A stretch of DNA of 64,000 bases from contig JBDRCB010000009.1 of the NCBI GenBank assembly GCA_043822125.1, forward strand, positions 79,736-143,735, given 5' to 3'. This DNA comes from an archaeon (GTDB taxonomy: Archaea; Nanobdellota; Nanobdellia; Pacearchaeales; GW2011-AR1). The first letter of the stretch is position 1, and each line of letters starts with the position of its first letter. This document shows positions 35,839-45,650 of this stretch, piece by piece. The position numbers and the translations under genes were made by a program. The notes below the pieces were generated by a model. The model was not told where the DNA came from, searched no databases, and saw nothing but the letters and a program-made list of their open reading frames with translations.

Positions 35839-36627
35839 TTATTCAAAAACTCTTTTGTAAAAAACTTCTCTGTTAATCTCCTGTCTTTTTGGAGTTATAT
35901 GGAAAAAATTACTTAAATTAAATGGCTTGTATTTTTCTCCAATTAAAGCAGCTGCAAGTTTTTTATATTCAATGCTTCCCTCTGAGTTAGGTTTGTAAGT
36001 TGTCAATGGAACTGAATTAAAAAGTGATTTCATAGCATTTAAATCATGGGGAATAACAGCAAGAATCGGAATTTCAGTTGTCTTTTCAATATCAGCTAAA
36101 GGAATTTCAAAATTTTTATTATAAACTTTATTTAAAATTATCCCGTTTATTTTAATTCCTCTTTGCTGTGCGAGTTTAATTGCCTTCAATGTATTGCTCA
36201 GTGTAGGAAAATCAGGAGTAGTCACAACAAAAAGCTCGTCAGATGCAAGCATGGCTCCCAAAGTTTCATCATTCATTGCAGGAGAAGAATCAATCAGGGC
36301 ATAATCATATTTATTTTTTAAATTTTTAAGTTTACTCCTTAATTTAAGAGGGTTTATAATTTTTTTCGAAAACAGCGACGGAAGAATTACATCAAATTTC
36401 TCGTGCTTCACAATCGCATCTTTAATATGCTTCGCTTCGTCTAAAACTTCATGAAGAGTTGTTTCAGGATCAATAATATTCAAATGGAGTCCAAGATTAG
36501 AAGAAGAAAAATTAGCATCTACTAAAAGAATTTTTTTCCCAAAATCCGCGAGCGCGGCCCCCAGTGCAGCAACTGCAGACGTCTTCCCAACACCTCCTTT
36601 AAGCGAAACAATCCCAATAGTTTTCAT
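35839..36627 (-). CDS. minD: MinD/ParA-family P-loop ATPase
   Basis: GIVSLKGGVGKTS deviant Walker A, DANFSSSNL, IDSSPA. Confidence 0.85.
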   Translation of the reverse strand: MKTIGIVSLKGGVGKTSAVAALGAALADFGKKILLVDANFSSSNLGLHLNIIDPETTLHEVLDEAKHIKDAIVKHEKFDVILPSLFSKKIINPLKLRSKLKNLKNKYDYALIDSSPAMNDETLGAMLASDELFVVTTPDFPTLSNTLKAIKLAQQRGIKINGIILNKVYNKNFEIPLADIEKTTEIPILAVIPHDLNAMKSLFNSVPLTTYKPNSEGSIEYKKLAAALIGEKYKPFNLSNFFHITPKRQEINREVFYKRVFE

Positions 36628-36755
36628 TTAATTTTTCAAATCGCATTACCTATTTACTGGATATAATCTGTTAAATTTAAATACTTTTCCAGACAAGAAA
36701 TATTCAGGAAAAATCGCACAGCAAACTTTAAAAAACCTTTTCACAATTTAATAAA

Positions 36756-37115
36756 ATGCCGAAGAAAAAATCAGAAGAAAATACTAAAAAAGAAAAGCAA
36801 AAAAAGCTCTCGCAGATAGAGTTTGAAAAAGAAGTATTAGCACTTGCAGAAAAAGGGATGACTGCTGAAAAGATAGGAGAAACTTTAAGAAAAAACAAAA
36901 TACATCCGAAAGAATACAATAAAAAAATCTCAAAAATACTCAAAGAAAAAGGAAAATACGTTAATCCTGATTTAAAAAATGTAGAGGAGAAATTAGAAAG
37001 AATCAAGATTCATTATAGCAAAAACAAGCAGGATAAGAGAGCCATGCGTGAAAAAGACAGAGTTTTTGCGCAGTTTAGGAAGCTAAAAATATATTTTGGA
37101 ATCCCAGTAAAATAA
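36756..37115 (+). CDS. rps15: Ribosomal protein uS15 (S15P/S13e)
   Basis: ...LERIKIHYSKNKQDKRAMREKDRVFAQFRKLKIYF matches the uS15 C-terminal helical motif. Confidence 0.8.
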   Translation: MPKKKSEENTKKEKQKKLSQIEFEKEVLALAEKGMTAEKIGETLRKNKIHPKEYNKKISKILKEKGKYVNPDLKNVEEKLERIKIHYSKNKQDKRAMREKDRVFAQFRKLKIYFGIPVK

Positions 37116-37133
37116 TTTCTACTTAAAACAAAA

Positions 37134-38471
37134 ATGGAAAAAAGAGGGAATCTTCTAAAAGAGGAAATAAAATTGCATGCATCAAAATTTCTTGAGAAAT
37201 CAAAAGATATGGAAATTTTAGTTGTGAGCCATTTTGACACAGATGGAATCACCTCTGCAGTAATTATGATTAACTCTCTTAAAAGACTTGACAAGAAATT
37301 CTCAGTAAAAATAGTAAAGAGCCTTGAAGAAAGTTTTATTCAGACACTTCCAAAAGACAAGCTGATTATTTTTCTTGACTTAGCATCAGGAAGTTTAAGC
37401 CAGATAAAAAATTCAGGTTTAAAAGAAGTATTCATAATAGATCACCATGAAATAAAAGAAAAAATTACAGAGGAAATAAATATAATAAATCCTCATCTTT
37501 ATAATAATCAAAAAATAAGTGCCTCTGGCTTGACATATTTATTCTGCAAAGAAATAGATTCAAAAAATAAAGAATTCGCAAAACTTGCTGTCCTTGGAAT
37601 GATAGGAGACTTGCTTGAAAAAGAAATTGGAAAACTAAACAACAATATTCTCGATGATGGGGAAATAAAAAGAAAAAGAGGTCTATTAATTTACCCTTCA
37701 ACAAGGCCATTGAACAGAACACTGGAATTCTGTTCTGAGCCGTATATTCCAGGGGTCACAGGAGACGTAAAAGGAGTCTTGGAATTATTAAGAGAATCTG
37801 GACTAAACCCTGTAAATGGAAAATACAAAAGTTTAATTGAGTTAAATGAAGAAGAGATGGAAAAGTTGATAACTGCTGTTTTTTTAAGAAATCCCCAGTC
37901 AAAAAATAAAGAAATTATAGGAGATATTTTCCTGATAAAATTTTTCAATAGACTTGAAGATGCAAGAGAATTAAGTGCTATGATAAATGCTTGCTCTCGC
38001 CTCGGAGAAAGTGAAATAGCAATACAGCTATGTATGGAAATTCCGTCTGCAAAAAAAAGAGCTGAAACAATACACGCAAAATACAAGCAGTTTATTATCT
38101 CGGGGCTGAAATTCGCAGCAGAAACAGAAAAAATAGAAGGAAATGGGTTTATAATTATCAACGCAAAAGATAAAATAAAAGACACAATGATTGGAACAAT
38201 TGCAAGCATTTTATCAAACTCTTCTGTTTATGAAGAAGGAACAATAATAATTACTATGGCTTATTACGAGGATAAAATAAAAATTTCTGCAAGAAACGTA
38301 GGAAAAAATGGCAGAAACGTGAGAGAAATTTTAAGCACAGCCACAGAAGAAACAGGAGGAGAAGTGGGAGGACACGAATTCGCAGCAGGATGCATAATTT
38401 CAAAAGAAAAAGAAAAAGAATTCATTAATTTATTGAAAAAAAATTTAGAAATTGAAGTTGTCAGGGTTTAA
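37134..38471 (+). CDS. RecJ/Cdc45-like DHH phosphoesterase (GAN-like)
   Basis: VVSHFDTDGITSA, IIDHHE and GGHEFAAG (DHH/DHHA1 motifs). It sits next to rps15, as in many archaea. Confidence 0.8.
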   Translation: MEKRGNLLKEEIKLHASKFLEKSKDMEILVVSHFDTDGITSAVIMINSLKRLDKKFSVKIVKSLEESFIQTLPKDKLIIFLDLASGSLSQIKNSGLKEVFIIDHHEIKEKITEEINIINPHLYNNQKISASGLTYLFCKEIDSKNKEFAKLAVLGMIGDLLEKEIGKLNNNILDDGEIKRKRGLLIYPSTRPLNRTLEFCSEPYIPGVTGDVKGVLELLRESGLNPVNGKYKSLIELNEEEMEKLITAVFLRNPQSKNKEIIGDIFLIKFFNRLEDARELSAMINACSRLGESEIAIQLCMEIPSAKKRAETIHAKYKQFIISGLKFAAETEKIEGNGFIIINAKDKIKDTMIGTIASILSNSSVYEEGTIIITMAYYEDKIKISARNVGKNGRNVREILSTATEETGGEVGGHEFAAGCIISKEKEKEFINLLKKNLEIEVVRV

Positions 38472-38528
38472 CAAATCGTTCTAAATCAAACATCACAACC
38501 TTTAAAACTATTATAATTTTCTAATTTT

Positions 38529-39245
38529 ATGGAGTATAATTTAGAAGAAGGAGATGTTGTAATGTGCACTGTTGACAGAATAGTCGGAACAGTTGTATTT
38601 GTAAAAATCGATGGAAACGGTGAAGGGGGTATAATCTTAAGTGAAATCGCTCCAGGAAGAATCAGAAATCTAAGAGATTATGTGGTCCCAAAAAAAAGAA
38701 TTGTCTGCAAAGTGTTGAGAATCTTAGGAGATAGAATAGACCTTTCGCTGAGAAGAGTCACACAAAAAGAGCAGAAAAAAGCACTTGAGCAATTTAATCT
38801 TGAAAAAAGTTATTTGAATATTTTAAAAAGTGTGTTAAAAGAAAAAACAGATTCTGCTGTCGAGAAAATTACAAAAGAAGATACACTTTACAATTTTCTG
38901 GAGGAATCCAAGGAAAATCCAGCAATGCTTGAAAAAATAATTGAAAAATCAGAAGCAAAAAAAATACTTGAAATAATAAAAAATCAGAAGCAAAAAAAAT
39001 ATTCTCTGAAAAAAGAAATCTCCTTAACAACAAAAAAACCAGACGGAATAACCACAATTAAAGAAGCCTTCAGAGGATTAAAAAATATCAAATTAAAATA
39101 CATCTCAGCCGGAAGATATTCTCTTGAAACAGAAGATAATAGTATAAAATCAGCAGACCAGAAAATAAAAGAGGTTTTCTCTGAAATAGAAAAAAGAGCA
39201 AAAGAAAACAACATGGAATTCTCAGTTATTGAAAAAGGAAAATGA
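38529..39245 (+). CDS. eif2a: Translation initiation factor aIF2 alpha
   Basis: S1 domain EGDVVMCTVDRIVGTVVFVKI...SEIAPGRIRNLRDYV...DLSLRRV plus the C-terminal alpha-beta domain. Confidence 0.9.
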   Translation: MEYNLEEGDVVMCTVDRIVGTVVFVKIDGNGEGGIILSEIAPGRIRNLRDYVVPKKRIVCKVLRILGDRIDLSLRRVTQKEQKKALEQFNLEKSYLNILKSVLKEKTDSAVEKITKEDTLYNFLEESKENPAMLEKIIEKSEAKKILEIIKNQKQKKYSLKKEISLTTKKPDGITTIKEAFRGLKNIKLKYISAGRYSLETEDNSIKSADQKIKEVFSEIEKRAKENNMEFSVIEKGK

Positions 39246-39397
39246 CAAAGCTAAGAAAATGCCCATCCTGTAAAAATTATACTTTAAAGGAAAATTGCCA
39301 AAAATGTAAATCACCGACGGCAAATGCACATTATAAATTTGTGAAGATAAAAGATATTCCTAATCAGAATAATTTCTTCTGCTCCTCCTCGAGCTGA
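39242..39397 (+). CDS. nop10: H/ACA RNP protein Nop10
   Basis: Below the track cutoff. MTKLRKCPSCKNYTLKENCQKCKSPTANAHYKF... The ATG overlaps the eif2a stop (ATGA), and eif2a-nop10 synteny is conserved. The 3' end overlaps the convergent EndoQ gene. Confidence 0.75.
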   Translation: MTKLRKCPSCKNYTLKENCQKCKSPTANAHYKFVKIKDIPNQNNFFCSSSS

Positions 39398-40593
39398 GCA
39401 ACACCATATTCTCCGTCAAAACCAGGCTTGACTTTTATTTTTCCCTTTCTGTTTCTTAAAATCAAATCAATTAACTTCTCGTCAATTTTTAATTCTGCAA
39501 GTTCTTCCTTTGATACATCTATCAGAACATTAAATTCATTTTCAAATTTTTCAATCAAATTATTATAAACCTCCCAGACCTTTTTGCTCTGAAGACCTCC
39601 TCCAACAGCAAGAATTATAATCTCGTGCAGGGGTAAAAGAACAGAATAATTTTTTGGATTTTCTGGTTTGAATCCCTTGGGATTTCCTGCTAATTTCTCA
39701 ACTCGATTCTCAACTCCAATTGTCAAATGTTTTTTGCATTCAGGGCAAATTTCATTTAACCCAGAAGACTCTTCAGGACAGCAGGAAAAATTGCAGTTTC
39801 TATGCCCATCCCAGTGATATTTTCCATAAGCAGGGTCCACTTCTATTGTTCCTATAAAATCATTTTCTCTTATCTGCCTTATTAACTCTTTATAAGAATC
39901 TGTTTTCTTAAATATCGTCGCTTCTCTTCCTAATCTATAAGGCCAAAAGCTGTGTGAATCAGAAAAACTAACTATTGATTTATTATTCTCTGTAATTTCC
40001 TTTATCCTCCAGTTCATTGCAGGATCCGACGACATTCCTGTTTCAATTGCATAGATTTTATCAAACTGCCTTCCAAAACATTCTTTCAGGGAATCAAAAC
40101 CAGAATTGCTCCCAAAAACTCCGAACCACGGAGTCCAGACATGTGCTGGAATTATCTCAATATCCTCTGAAATTTTTTTTAAATCCTCTGTAAACTTCTC
40201 TCCAGAAATATTGAAAATCGGTCTCCCATCATAATCTCTCCTCGCCTTAATACCATTGTCAATATAAAAATTAATTTTTTCAGCAATCTCAATTGAAGGA
40301 ACCAGAATAACAAGGTGAATTCTCCGCCCACGCTCTTGAGTATACATTAAAGAAACTTCCCCTGAAATTACAAATGGAAAATCACTATAATAATAAAAAC
40401 CATTTTCATTTCCTTTAAGTTTTTCTCTTATCTCTTTAAACCAAACAGGATGAGTAAAATCTCCTGTTCCAAGTAAATTCAATCCTTTTATCCTCGCCCA
40501 TTTAACTAAATTTTCAATTGTAATATCTTTACTGCAAGCCCTTGAAAATCTTGAATGAATATGCAAATCAGCAATCATATAATTTTTATTCAT
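39364..40593 (-). CDS. Endonuclease Q-like PHP-domain nuclease
   Basis: ADLHIHSRFSRA, LLGTGDFTHP, a PHP fold, the Zn finger CPECKKHLTIGVENRV and a C-terminal GFDGEYG. Confidence 0.75.
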   Translation of the reverse strand: MNKNYMIADLHIHSRFSRACSKDITIENLVKWARIKGLNLLGTGDFTHPVWFKEIREKLKGNENGFYYYSDFPFVISGEVSLMYTQERGRRIHLVILVPSIEIAEKINFYIDNGIKARRDYDGRPIFNISGEKFTEDLKKISEDIEIIPAHVWTPWFGVFGSNSGFDSLKECFGRQFDKIYAIETGMSSDPAMNWRIKEITENNKSIVSFSDSHSFWPYRLGREATIFKKTDSYKELIRQIRENDFIGTIEVDPAYGKYHWDGHRNCNFSCCPEESSGLNEICPECKKHLTIGVENRVEKLAGNPKGFKPENPKNYSVLLPLHEIIILAVGGGLQSKKVWEVYNNLIEKFENEFNVLIDVSKEELAELKIDEKLIDLILRNRKGKIKVKPGFDGEYGVAQLEEEQKKLF

Positions 40594-40624
40594 AGTAAAC
40601 TAAAAAATAGAACAAGTTAAAAAC

Positions 40625-42100
40625 TTATTGTCTCTTTTTATAAGCAATTCCGCCACCAACAGCTAATGCGAGAAGTATAATTATTATTAAGATTATCATA
40701 CCCTTATTACTGCTAGGTTCAGAGGTCTCTGCTTCTTCTCCAGAAGTAATTATCTCCCCGCTTGTAGAAACCCCTTCTTCCTCTTCTGAATATTCTTCAT
40801 AGATTTTTTGAACAAGAAGATTAGCCTTATTATTCTCAATCCCAATAAGATTCACATAAATATCATAATAATTGTCATCATCAATATCTACTTTAGCATC
40901 TTCTCCTATATCTAATTTTACCTCTATAGGGTCACTTGCAATTTCAACCACCGCACCTGTTGCACTAACACTTTTAACACCAACATAATGGGTTTTAGTT
41001 CCAATATTTACTCTAATTCTTTCTTTAGCAGAAATTAATTTAGAATACCCATTTTCAAATTGTTCATTAGTAACACTATAAGTATTTGTCCACGTTGTAG
41101 TTGTTGATGAGTCTCCAGACAACGAACCTCCTACACTGCAATCACTGGTGCTAAATGAAGTTAAAGCAGATGTTCCTGAATTTCCAGCAGCATCAGAGCA
41201 GGACACTTGGAAAGAATATGTTATTCCGCAACTTATTCCAGAAGTTACATATAAAGTTTGGCTACTTGTTGTTCCAGTTATTGTTCCCCCAGTTGAAATT
41301 CCCTCAACCCAGCAAGTAGAATTTGTATCACTTATACCTCCATCAGCATCAATAGTTATTGCTAATGTTGTCTGCGAGGCATCTAAACTAGTCAAAGTAG
41401 GCAAAGGAGAAACATGGTCCAAATAAATTAATCTAGTAGCAGTTGAATTTGTATTTCCTGCAGAATCATTTATAGTTACATTATAATAATAAAGACCATC
41501 ATTTAGCGAAGTCCAGTTTATATATCTCGTCCCTGCTGCACGAGTAGTATACTTTGTGCTGTTAACTGCAGAACCATTAGAGTAATAAAGATTAAATAAA
41601 GTTGCACTTTCATTTACCTCTGTGATAGATAAATTTGCATAAGCCCAATTATATAAATTTGTTTTAGTATTACTTGCTAATGTTCCTACCCCAAAATCTA
41701 TTTGCGGATAAGTATTATCAACTCTAAACGGGGAGATTGAAGTCATCTCAGAAGTACCAAGAGTATTTGTAGCATTACAAGTAATATTAAATCCATAACC
41801 ATCTGTCCAACTAATTATGTTTATTGTTGCATTTGAGAAATAACTCTGGTTATAAGATGTATTGCTCATTTGTAAAATAGGAGAAGCAGTTAAGTTTGCA
41901 ACACCAGTGTTATTATAATAACAAGTTAAACTAGTAGTAAGATTAAGATTAAGAGTATTGATAGTAATATTAAGTGTAGTGGAATAATTACCATTTGAAA
42001 CTGGTGTGACAATACTCATATTTATCGCCATTACCCCATAACAAGAAATAATAATAAAAACTCCTGTTAAAATTATCAATGAAATTTTTTTATTTACCAT
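40625..42100 (-). CDS. Secreted sequon-rich surface protein with a C-terminal TM anchor. It shares a C-terminal module with the protein at 9155..12574.
   Basis: Signal peptide, many N-x-S/T sequons, a shared ...ENGYSK...DNYYDIYVNL...IYEE module and a TM helix followed by KKRQ. Start set to ATG 42100 because the track start is a GTG. Confidence 0.8.
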   Translation of the reverse strand: MVNKKISLIILTGVFIIISCYGVMAINMSIVTPVSNGNYSTTLNITINTLNLNLTTSLTCYYNNTGVANLTASPILQMSNTSYNQSYFSNATINIISWTDGYGFNITCNATNTLGTSEMTSISPFRVDNTYPQIDFGVGTLASNTKTNLYNWAYANLSITEVNESATLFNLYYSNGSAVNSTKYTTRAAGTRYINWTSLNDGLYYYNVTINDSAGNTNSTATRLIYLDHVSPLPTLTSLDASQTTLAITIDADGGISDTNSTCWVEGISTGGTITGTTSSQTLYVTSGISCGITYSFQVSCSDAAGNSGTSALTSFSTSDCSVGGSLSGDSSTTTTWTNTYSVTNEQFENGYSKLISAKERIRVNIGTKTHYVGVKSVSATGAVVEIASDPIEVKLDIGEDAKVDIDDDNYYDIYVNLIGIENNKANLLVQKIYEEYSEEEEGVSTSGEIITSGEEAETSEPSSNKGMIILIIIILLALAVGGGIAYKKRQ

Positions 42101-42138
42101 TCTCACACTCTTTTAATACCTGATATAATAAAAAAGAG

Positions 42139-42152
42139 TTTATAAATATTTC
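42139..42152 (-). promoter_or_regulatory. Promoter 14-mer GAAATATTTATAAA (minus-strand reading)
   Basis: Identical 14-mer upstream of the surface-protein gene. Here the core is 46 nt from ATG 42100, so it is either a leadered transcript or a second box is used. Confidence 0.45.
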
Positions 42153-42269
42153 TCTACTAGTCCTGCTGTAAAAAATTTTCGTAATGAAGAAAAATAAAAT
42201 TCTTCGACGGCAAATAAAATTCAAATTCCATAACACAAAAATTTATAAACTTTTTTTCAGACAAAATTC

Positions 42270-42926
42270 ATGAGAAAAATATTTTTAGGTCCTCCTGGAA
42301 GCGGGAAAGGAACAGCAGCGTCGAGAGTTGCTCCAAAATTCAAAATCCCACATATCTCTACAGGAGATTTACTTAGAGAAAATATAAAAAATATAACAGA
42401 AATCGGTATGAAAGCAAAAGAATTTATGGACAATGGAAAACTTGTTCCTGATAAGATAGTTATTGAGATGCTAAAGCAGAGAATTTCAAAACCAGATTGT
42501 GAAGAAGGATTTATTCTTGATGGATTTCCAAGAACAATTCCGCAGGCAGAAATGCTTGAAAAACTTGCAGATATTGATTTAGTAGTGAATATGAATGTAA
42601 CTGATGATGTAGTTGTAAAAAGATTATCATCGCGAATCACTTGCAAAGACTGCAGTGAAGTTTTTAATCTAATCGGACTTCCTCCAAAAAAAGCATGGAC
42701 TTGCGACAAATGCGAAGGACAGCTGACAAGAAGATCTGACGACGAACCTGAAACAATTCAAAACCGCCTTGATATTTATAAAAAACAAACACAGCCACTA
42801 ATTGACTTCTACAAAAACAAGGGAAATTTAATAAATGTAACTTGCGCAAATGTAGAGCAGACAGTAGAGGAAACATTTCAGTCAGTAATAGACGCAATTA
42901 ATAATTTTTTAGAAAAAAAAGAATAA
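42270..42926 (+). CDS. adk: Adenylate kinase, bacterial/long type with a zinc lid
   Basis: GPPGSGKGT, DGFPRT, lid CKDC...CDKC, RSDD. TATA core 28 nt upstream. Confidence 0.95.
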   Translation: MRKIFLGPPGSGKGTAASRVAPKFKIPHISTGDLLRENIKNITEIGMKAKEFMDNGKLVPDKIVIEMLKQRISKPDCEEGFILDGFPRTIPQAEMLEKLADIDLVVNMNVTDDVVVKRLSSRITCKDCSEVFNLIGLPPKKAWTCDKCEGQLTRRSDDEPETIQNRLDIYKKQTQPLIDFYKNKGNLINVTCANVEQTVEETFQSVIDAINNFLEKKE

Positions 42927-42976
42927 ATATTTTTACTATAAAAATCAAATCCATTCTTGAGTTCGTGCCTCATTAG

Positions 42977-44020
42977 TTATTTTAAATCGTCCTTAATCCC
43001 TGCCTCTGTAACATAAAAAATTGTTTCATTATCAGGCAGATTAGGTGAGTCAATTAATTTTGCAACCCGTGAACCCTGTTTTCCCCGACGAAGATATAGC
43101 CTGTATGTTGAAGCGTGCCCGACAATGTTTCCGCCTATTGCTGTAGTTGGATCCCCAAAAAGCTGTGCAGGATTTGCCATAACTTGGTTTGTAACAAAAA
43201 CAGCAAGATTATGCTGTTCTGCTAGTTTCATTAAGCTGTGAAGATATTTATTTAATCTCTGCTGTCTGTCAGCAAGTTGCCCTCGTCCTGAGAATTCTGC
43301 TCTGAAATGTGCTGTTAAAGAATCAATAATAACCAGCTTAATCGGCTCTCCTTTTTTCACCATGTCTGAAATTTTATCCACAAGAAGTATCTGATGGTCT
43401 GAATTAAATGCACGGGCGACAAAAATATTTTTCAAAACTTTTTCATGATTAGCCCCCATTCCTTCTGCTATTTGCTTTATTCTTATTGGTCTGAAAGTTC
43501 CTTCTGTATCTATAAAAACAGTTTTCCCGCTGGATCCTCCTTTTTCTAGAGGGAGTTGCACATTAACAGCAAGAGTCAATCCAAGTTGTGTTTTTCCAGA
43601 GCCAAAAGCACCAAATGCTTCTGTTATTGCTCTTGTTTCAACACCCCTTCCCCCAAGGAGCTCGTCGAAATTTTTACTTCCAGTAGTAATATAACCAACA
43701 CTCTCTCTCCTTTTTGCATACTCCAACCCATCTTGAAATCCTAAATCCAGCATTTCCCTCGCTGCCTGAATTGCTTTTCTTGCAACAGCAGGACTTACAC
43801 CAGCAATATCAGAAAGTTCAGCAGGCCCTATAACTGCAAGAGACATTAAATCAGAAATTCCAGCTGACTCCAGTTTCGCTGCAACAGCAGGTCCGACTCC
43901 AGGCAAATCAGTCAACTGCGGTTCTTTTTTTTCTCCAGAAGATTTTTTTAAATCTTCGCTCACTTTTGATGACCCAGAAACAGCTTTCTTAATCTCCTCT
44001 GCATCTTTCTTTATCGCCAT
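42977..44020 (-). CDS. radA: DNA repair and recombination protein RadA
   Basis: N-terminal HhH (LPGVGPAVAAKLESAGI), GAFGSGKTQ, VIIDSLTAHFR. TATA core 29 nt upstream. Confidence 0.95.
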   Translation of the reverse strand: MAIKKDAEEIKKAVSGSSKVSEDLKKSSGEKKEPQLTDLPGVGPAVAAKLESAGISDLMSLAVIGPAELSDIAGVSPAVARKAIQAAREMLDLGFQDGLEYAKRRESVGYITTGSKNFDELLGGRGVETRAITEAFGAFGSGKTQLGLTLAVNVQLPLEKGGSSGKTVFIDTEGTFRPIRIKQIAEGMGANHEKVLKNIFVARAFNSDHQILLVDKISDMVKKGEPIKLVIIDSLTAHFRAEFSGRGQLADRQQRLNKYLHSLMKLAEQHNLAVFVTNQVMANPAQLFGDPTTAIGGNIVGHASTYRLYLRRGKQGSRVAKLIDSPNLPDNETIFYVTEAGIKDDLK

Positions 44021-44069
44021 ATTAGTTTTACAAAGATTTTATTTATAAGCATTTAGAAACTCAAATATA

Positions 44070-44489
44070 CTAATTATCTTTATCTGGAACTTTATATTCT
44101 TCCCATCTAACTCTTTTTTTATTTATTGTATCCTTTAAATTTTTTTCCTGGGAAGATAATTTTGCCTTCCCGCTTTTCACCTCAACAAAAACAACTTCTT
44201 CTATTTTCTTTTCATCCATCCCCCTGAAAACAATAAAATCAACAGGTTTTCCTATAAATCTGCATTCAGTAGGTTTAAAATTAAAATCAGGAAAATAAGG
44301 AGCCATCTGCTCTGAAAACTGCCCTGACAAAACAGCTCTTGATTTTGAAATCGCGTCCCGCCGGTGATTCGGCAGTTCCAGCTCCCACTCCCGATTTTTT
44401 CTAAAAGAGCCTATTTTATAGCCAATCAAGTAGAAAATTATCAAACCAGCAAGAAACAAGGTGATAATAATTATTATAGTTAATTCCAT
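44070..44489 (-). CDS. Membrane-anchored endonuclease related to archaeal Holliday-junction resolvases (COG4741-like)
   Basis: N-terminal TM helix. SKSRAVLSGQFSEQMAPYFPDFNFKPTECRFIGKPVDFIVFRG...VVFVEVKSGKAKLS shows the restriction-endonuclease-fold D...E-x-K pattern. Confidence 0.65.
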   Translation of the reverse strand: MELTIIIIITLFLAGLIIFYLIGYKIGSFRKNREWELELPNHRRDAISKSRAVLSGQFSEQMAPYFPDFNFKPTECRFIGKPVDFIVFRGMDEKKIEEVVFVEVKSGKAKLSSQEKNLKDTINKKRVRWEEYKVPDKDN

Positions 44490-44518
44490 AAAAAATAAAT
44501 AGGTAAGGCTATAAATAT

Positions 44519-45454
44519 TTATTCAAAACTATTAATCAATTCATCCAAATTCACTTCTTTAGCTTCTGTAACTATAAACTCAGGATTGTTGAAGAATTTG
44601 TTGTTTCTCACATCTCCTATAAAAAACATTTCCTTGCCGATTAAATCTTCCTTTTGATAAGATAATTTTTCTGTATCTTCTAAATCCCTGATTCCCAGTT
44701 CTGAAAGATTATCATGGAACAAAACACAGCGGATTGTTTCTGTTCCGTCGTCGAGAACAAGATTAATAAGAGCTCTCTTTTCAGGAAGAACTTTTCCATG
44801 TTCTGAACATAAAAATGAATTCCCGTCTGGATTTGCTCTTTTTTTACACTCTGGACAAACCTGAAAAAATCTCGGCTCAAATGCCTGCAGAACAAATGCC
44901 CGTGTTTTCACATTGTCTGCAATCTTAAAGTCACAAATTGGTTTCTCTTTCACAATCTTCTCTGTAAAAACATTCTCAAAAACCTCGCTGCTTTTTTTTA
45001 ATTCAGAAAAACTTCCCAAATGAACTTCATTGTCCCGAACAGATGCATTTGCTATTTCAACGACGCTTCCTTCTCCTATTTCTTTTTTTTCAATCAACTC
45101 AATGTGATTTGTATCCCATAAAACAACTTTTATATTTGAAGTGTCGTCGGCAAGAACAAAATTAGCGACTTTCCCTTCTTTGTCATTTCTAAAGAAAGTC
45201 CTTACAGGAGACAATTTAATTATTTTTCCAGTAACATTTACTTTCCTCATCCCAGAAAGTAGTTCATTGATTTTGCATTTTTCATTGTCAAAAGAAACCC
45301 CGAGTTCAGCAGCAACAACCTGTGCAGCTCCGTCTCTGCTGATTAACCCTGCCAGCTTCGCCCGTTTTGCCTCCACTCTCCTTTCAAGCTCCTCAACAGA
45401 AATTCCTGAAAGTTTGGAAATCTTGTCAAGAACTTTTTCATAATTTCCCTCCAT
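44519..45454 (-). CDS. Replication protein A (RPA/ssDNA-binding, OB folds plus Zn finger)
   Basis: N-terminal ...RAKLAGLISRDGAAQVVAAELGV, OB folds and CPECKKR...CSEHG. Start re-called to ATG 45454, where a TATA core lies 29 nt upstream. Confidence 0.8.
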   Translation of the reverse strand: MEGNYEKVLDKISKLSGISVEELERRVEAKRAKLAGLISRDGAAQVVAAELGVSFDNEKCKINELLSGMRKVNVTGKIIKLSPVRTFFRNDKEGKVANFVLADDTSNIKVVLWDTNHIELIEKKEIGEGSVVEIANASVRDNEVHLGSFSELKKSSEVFENVFTEKIVKEKPICDFKIADNVKTRAFVLQAFEPRFFQVCPECKKRANPDGNSFLCSEHGKVLPEKRALINLVLDDGTETIRCVLFHDNLSELGIRDLEDTEKLSYQKEDLIGKEMFFIGDVRNNKFFNNPEFIVTEAKEVNLDELINSFE

Positions 45455-45507
45455 ATAAAGAAAAATCCCAGTGTGTTTATAAGTATTTTCGTAATAAAAT
45501 ATCAACA

Positions 45508-45522
45508 AAATTTATAAATAAA
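45508..45522 (+). promoter_or_regulatory. TATA promoter AAATTTATAAATAAA for the micro-ORF / aEF-1beta unit
   Basis: The core tttataaa starts 29 nt upstream of ATG 45540. There is no TATA box at -29 of the aEF-1beta ATG. Confidence 0.6.
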
Positions 45523-45539
45523 CTTTTTCTTCTTCAAAA

Positions 45540-45650
45540 ATGAAAAAAATAAACAAGTGGTATCTATCGGATTGCAAAAAAAGATGCCACCCTTCAGCGC
45601 TTCTAGGAAGGAGCGCGAGGAAAACAAGGGGTTTCCTCGCATGGGAATAA
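45540..45650 (+). CDS. 36-aa leaderless micro-ORF upstream of, and overlapping, aEF-1beta
   Basis: MKKINKWYLSDCKKRCHPSALLGRSARKTRGFLAWE. Its ATG is at the canonical 29-nt spacing from a TATA box, and its stop overlaps the aEF-1beta start (ATGGGAATAA). It contains two GC-rich 7-bp hairpins (45597..45616 and 45617..45638). Confidence 0.4.
   Translation: MKKINKWYLSDCKKRCHPSALLGRSARKTRGFLAWE

Noticed and set aside
45557-45640. The N-terminally extended aEF-1beta (118 aa) from the track
   Set aside because: It begins at a GTG. The extension has no counterpart in aEF-1beta (about 90 aa), and the region is better explained by the upstream leaderless micro-ORF or hairpin leader.
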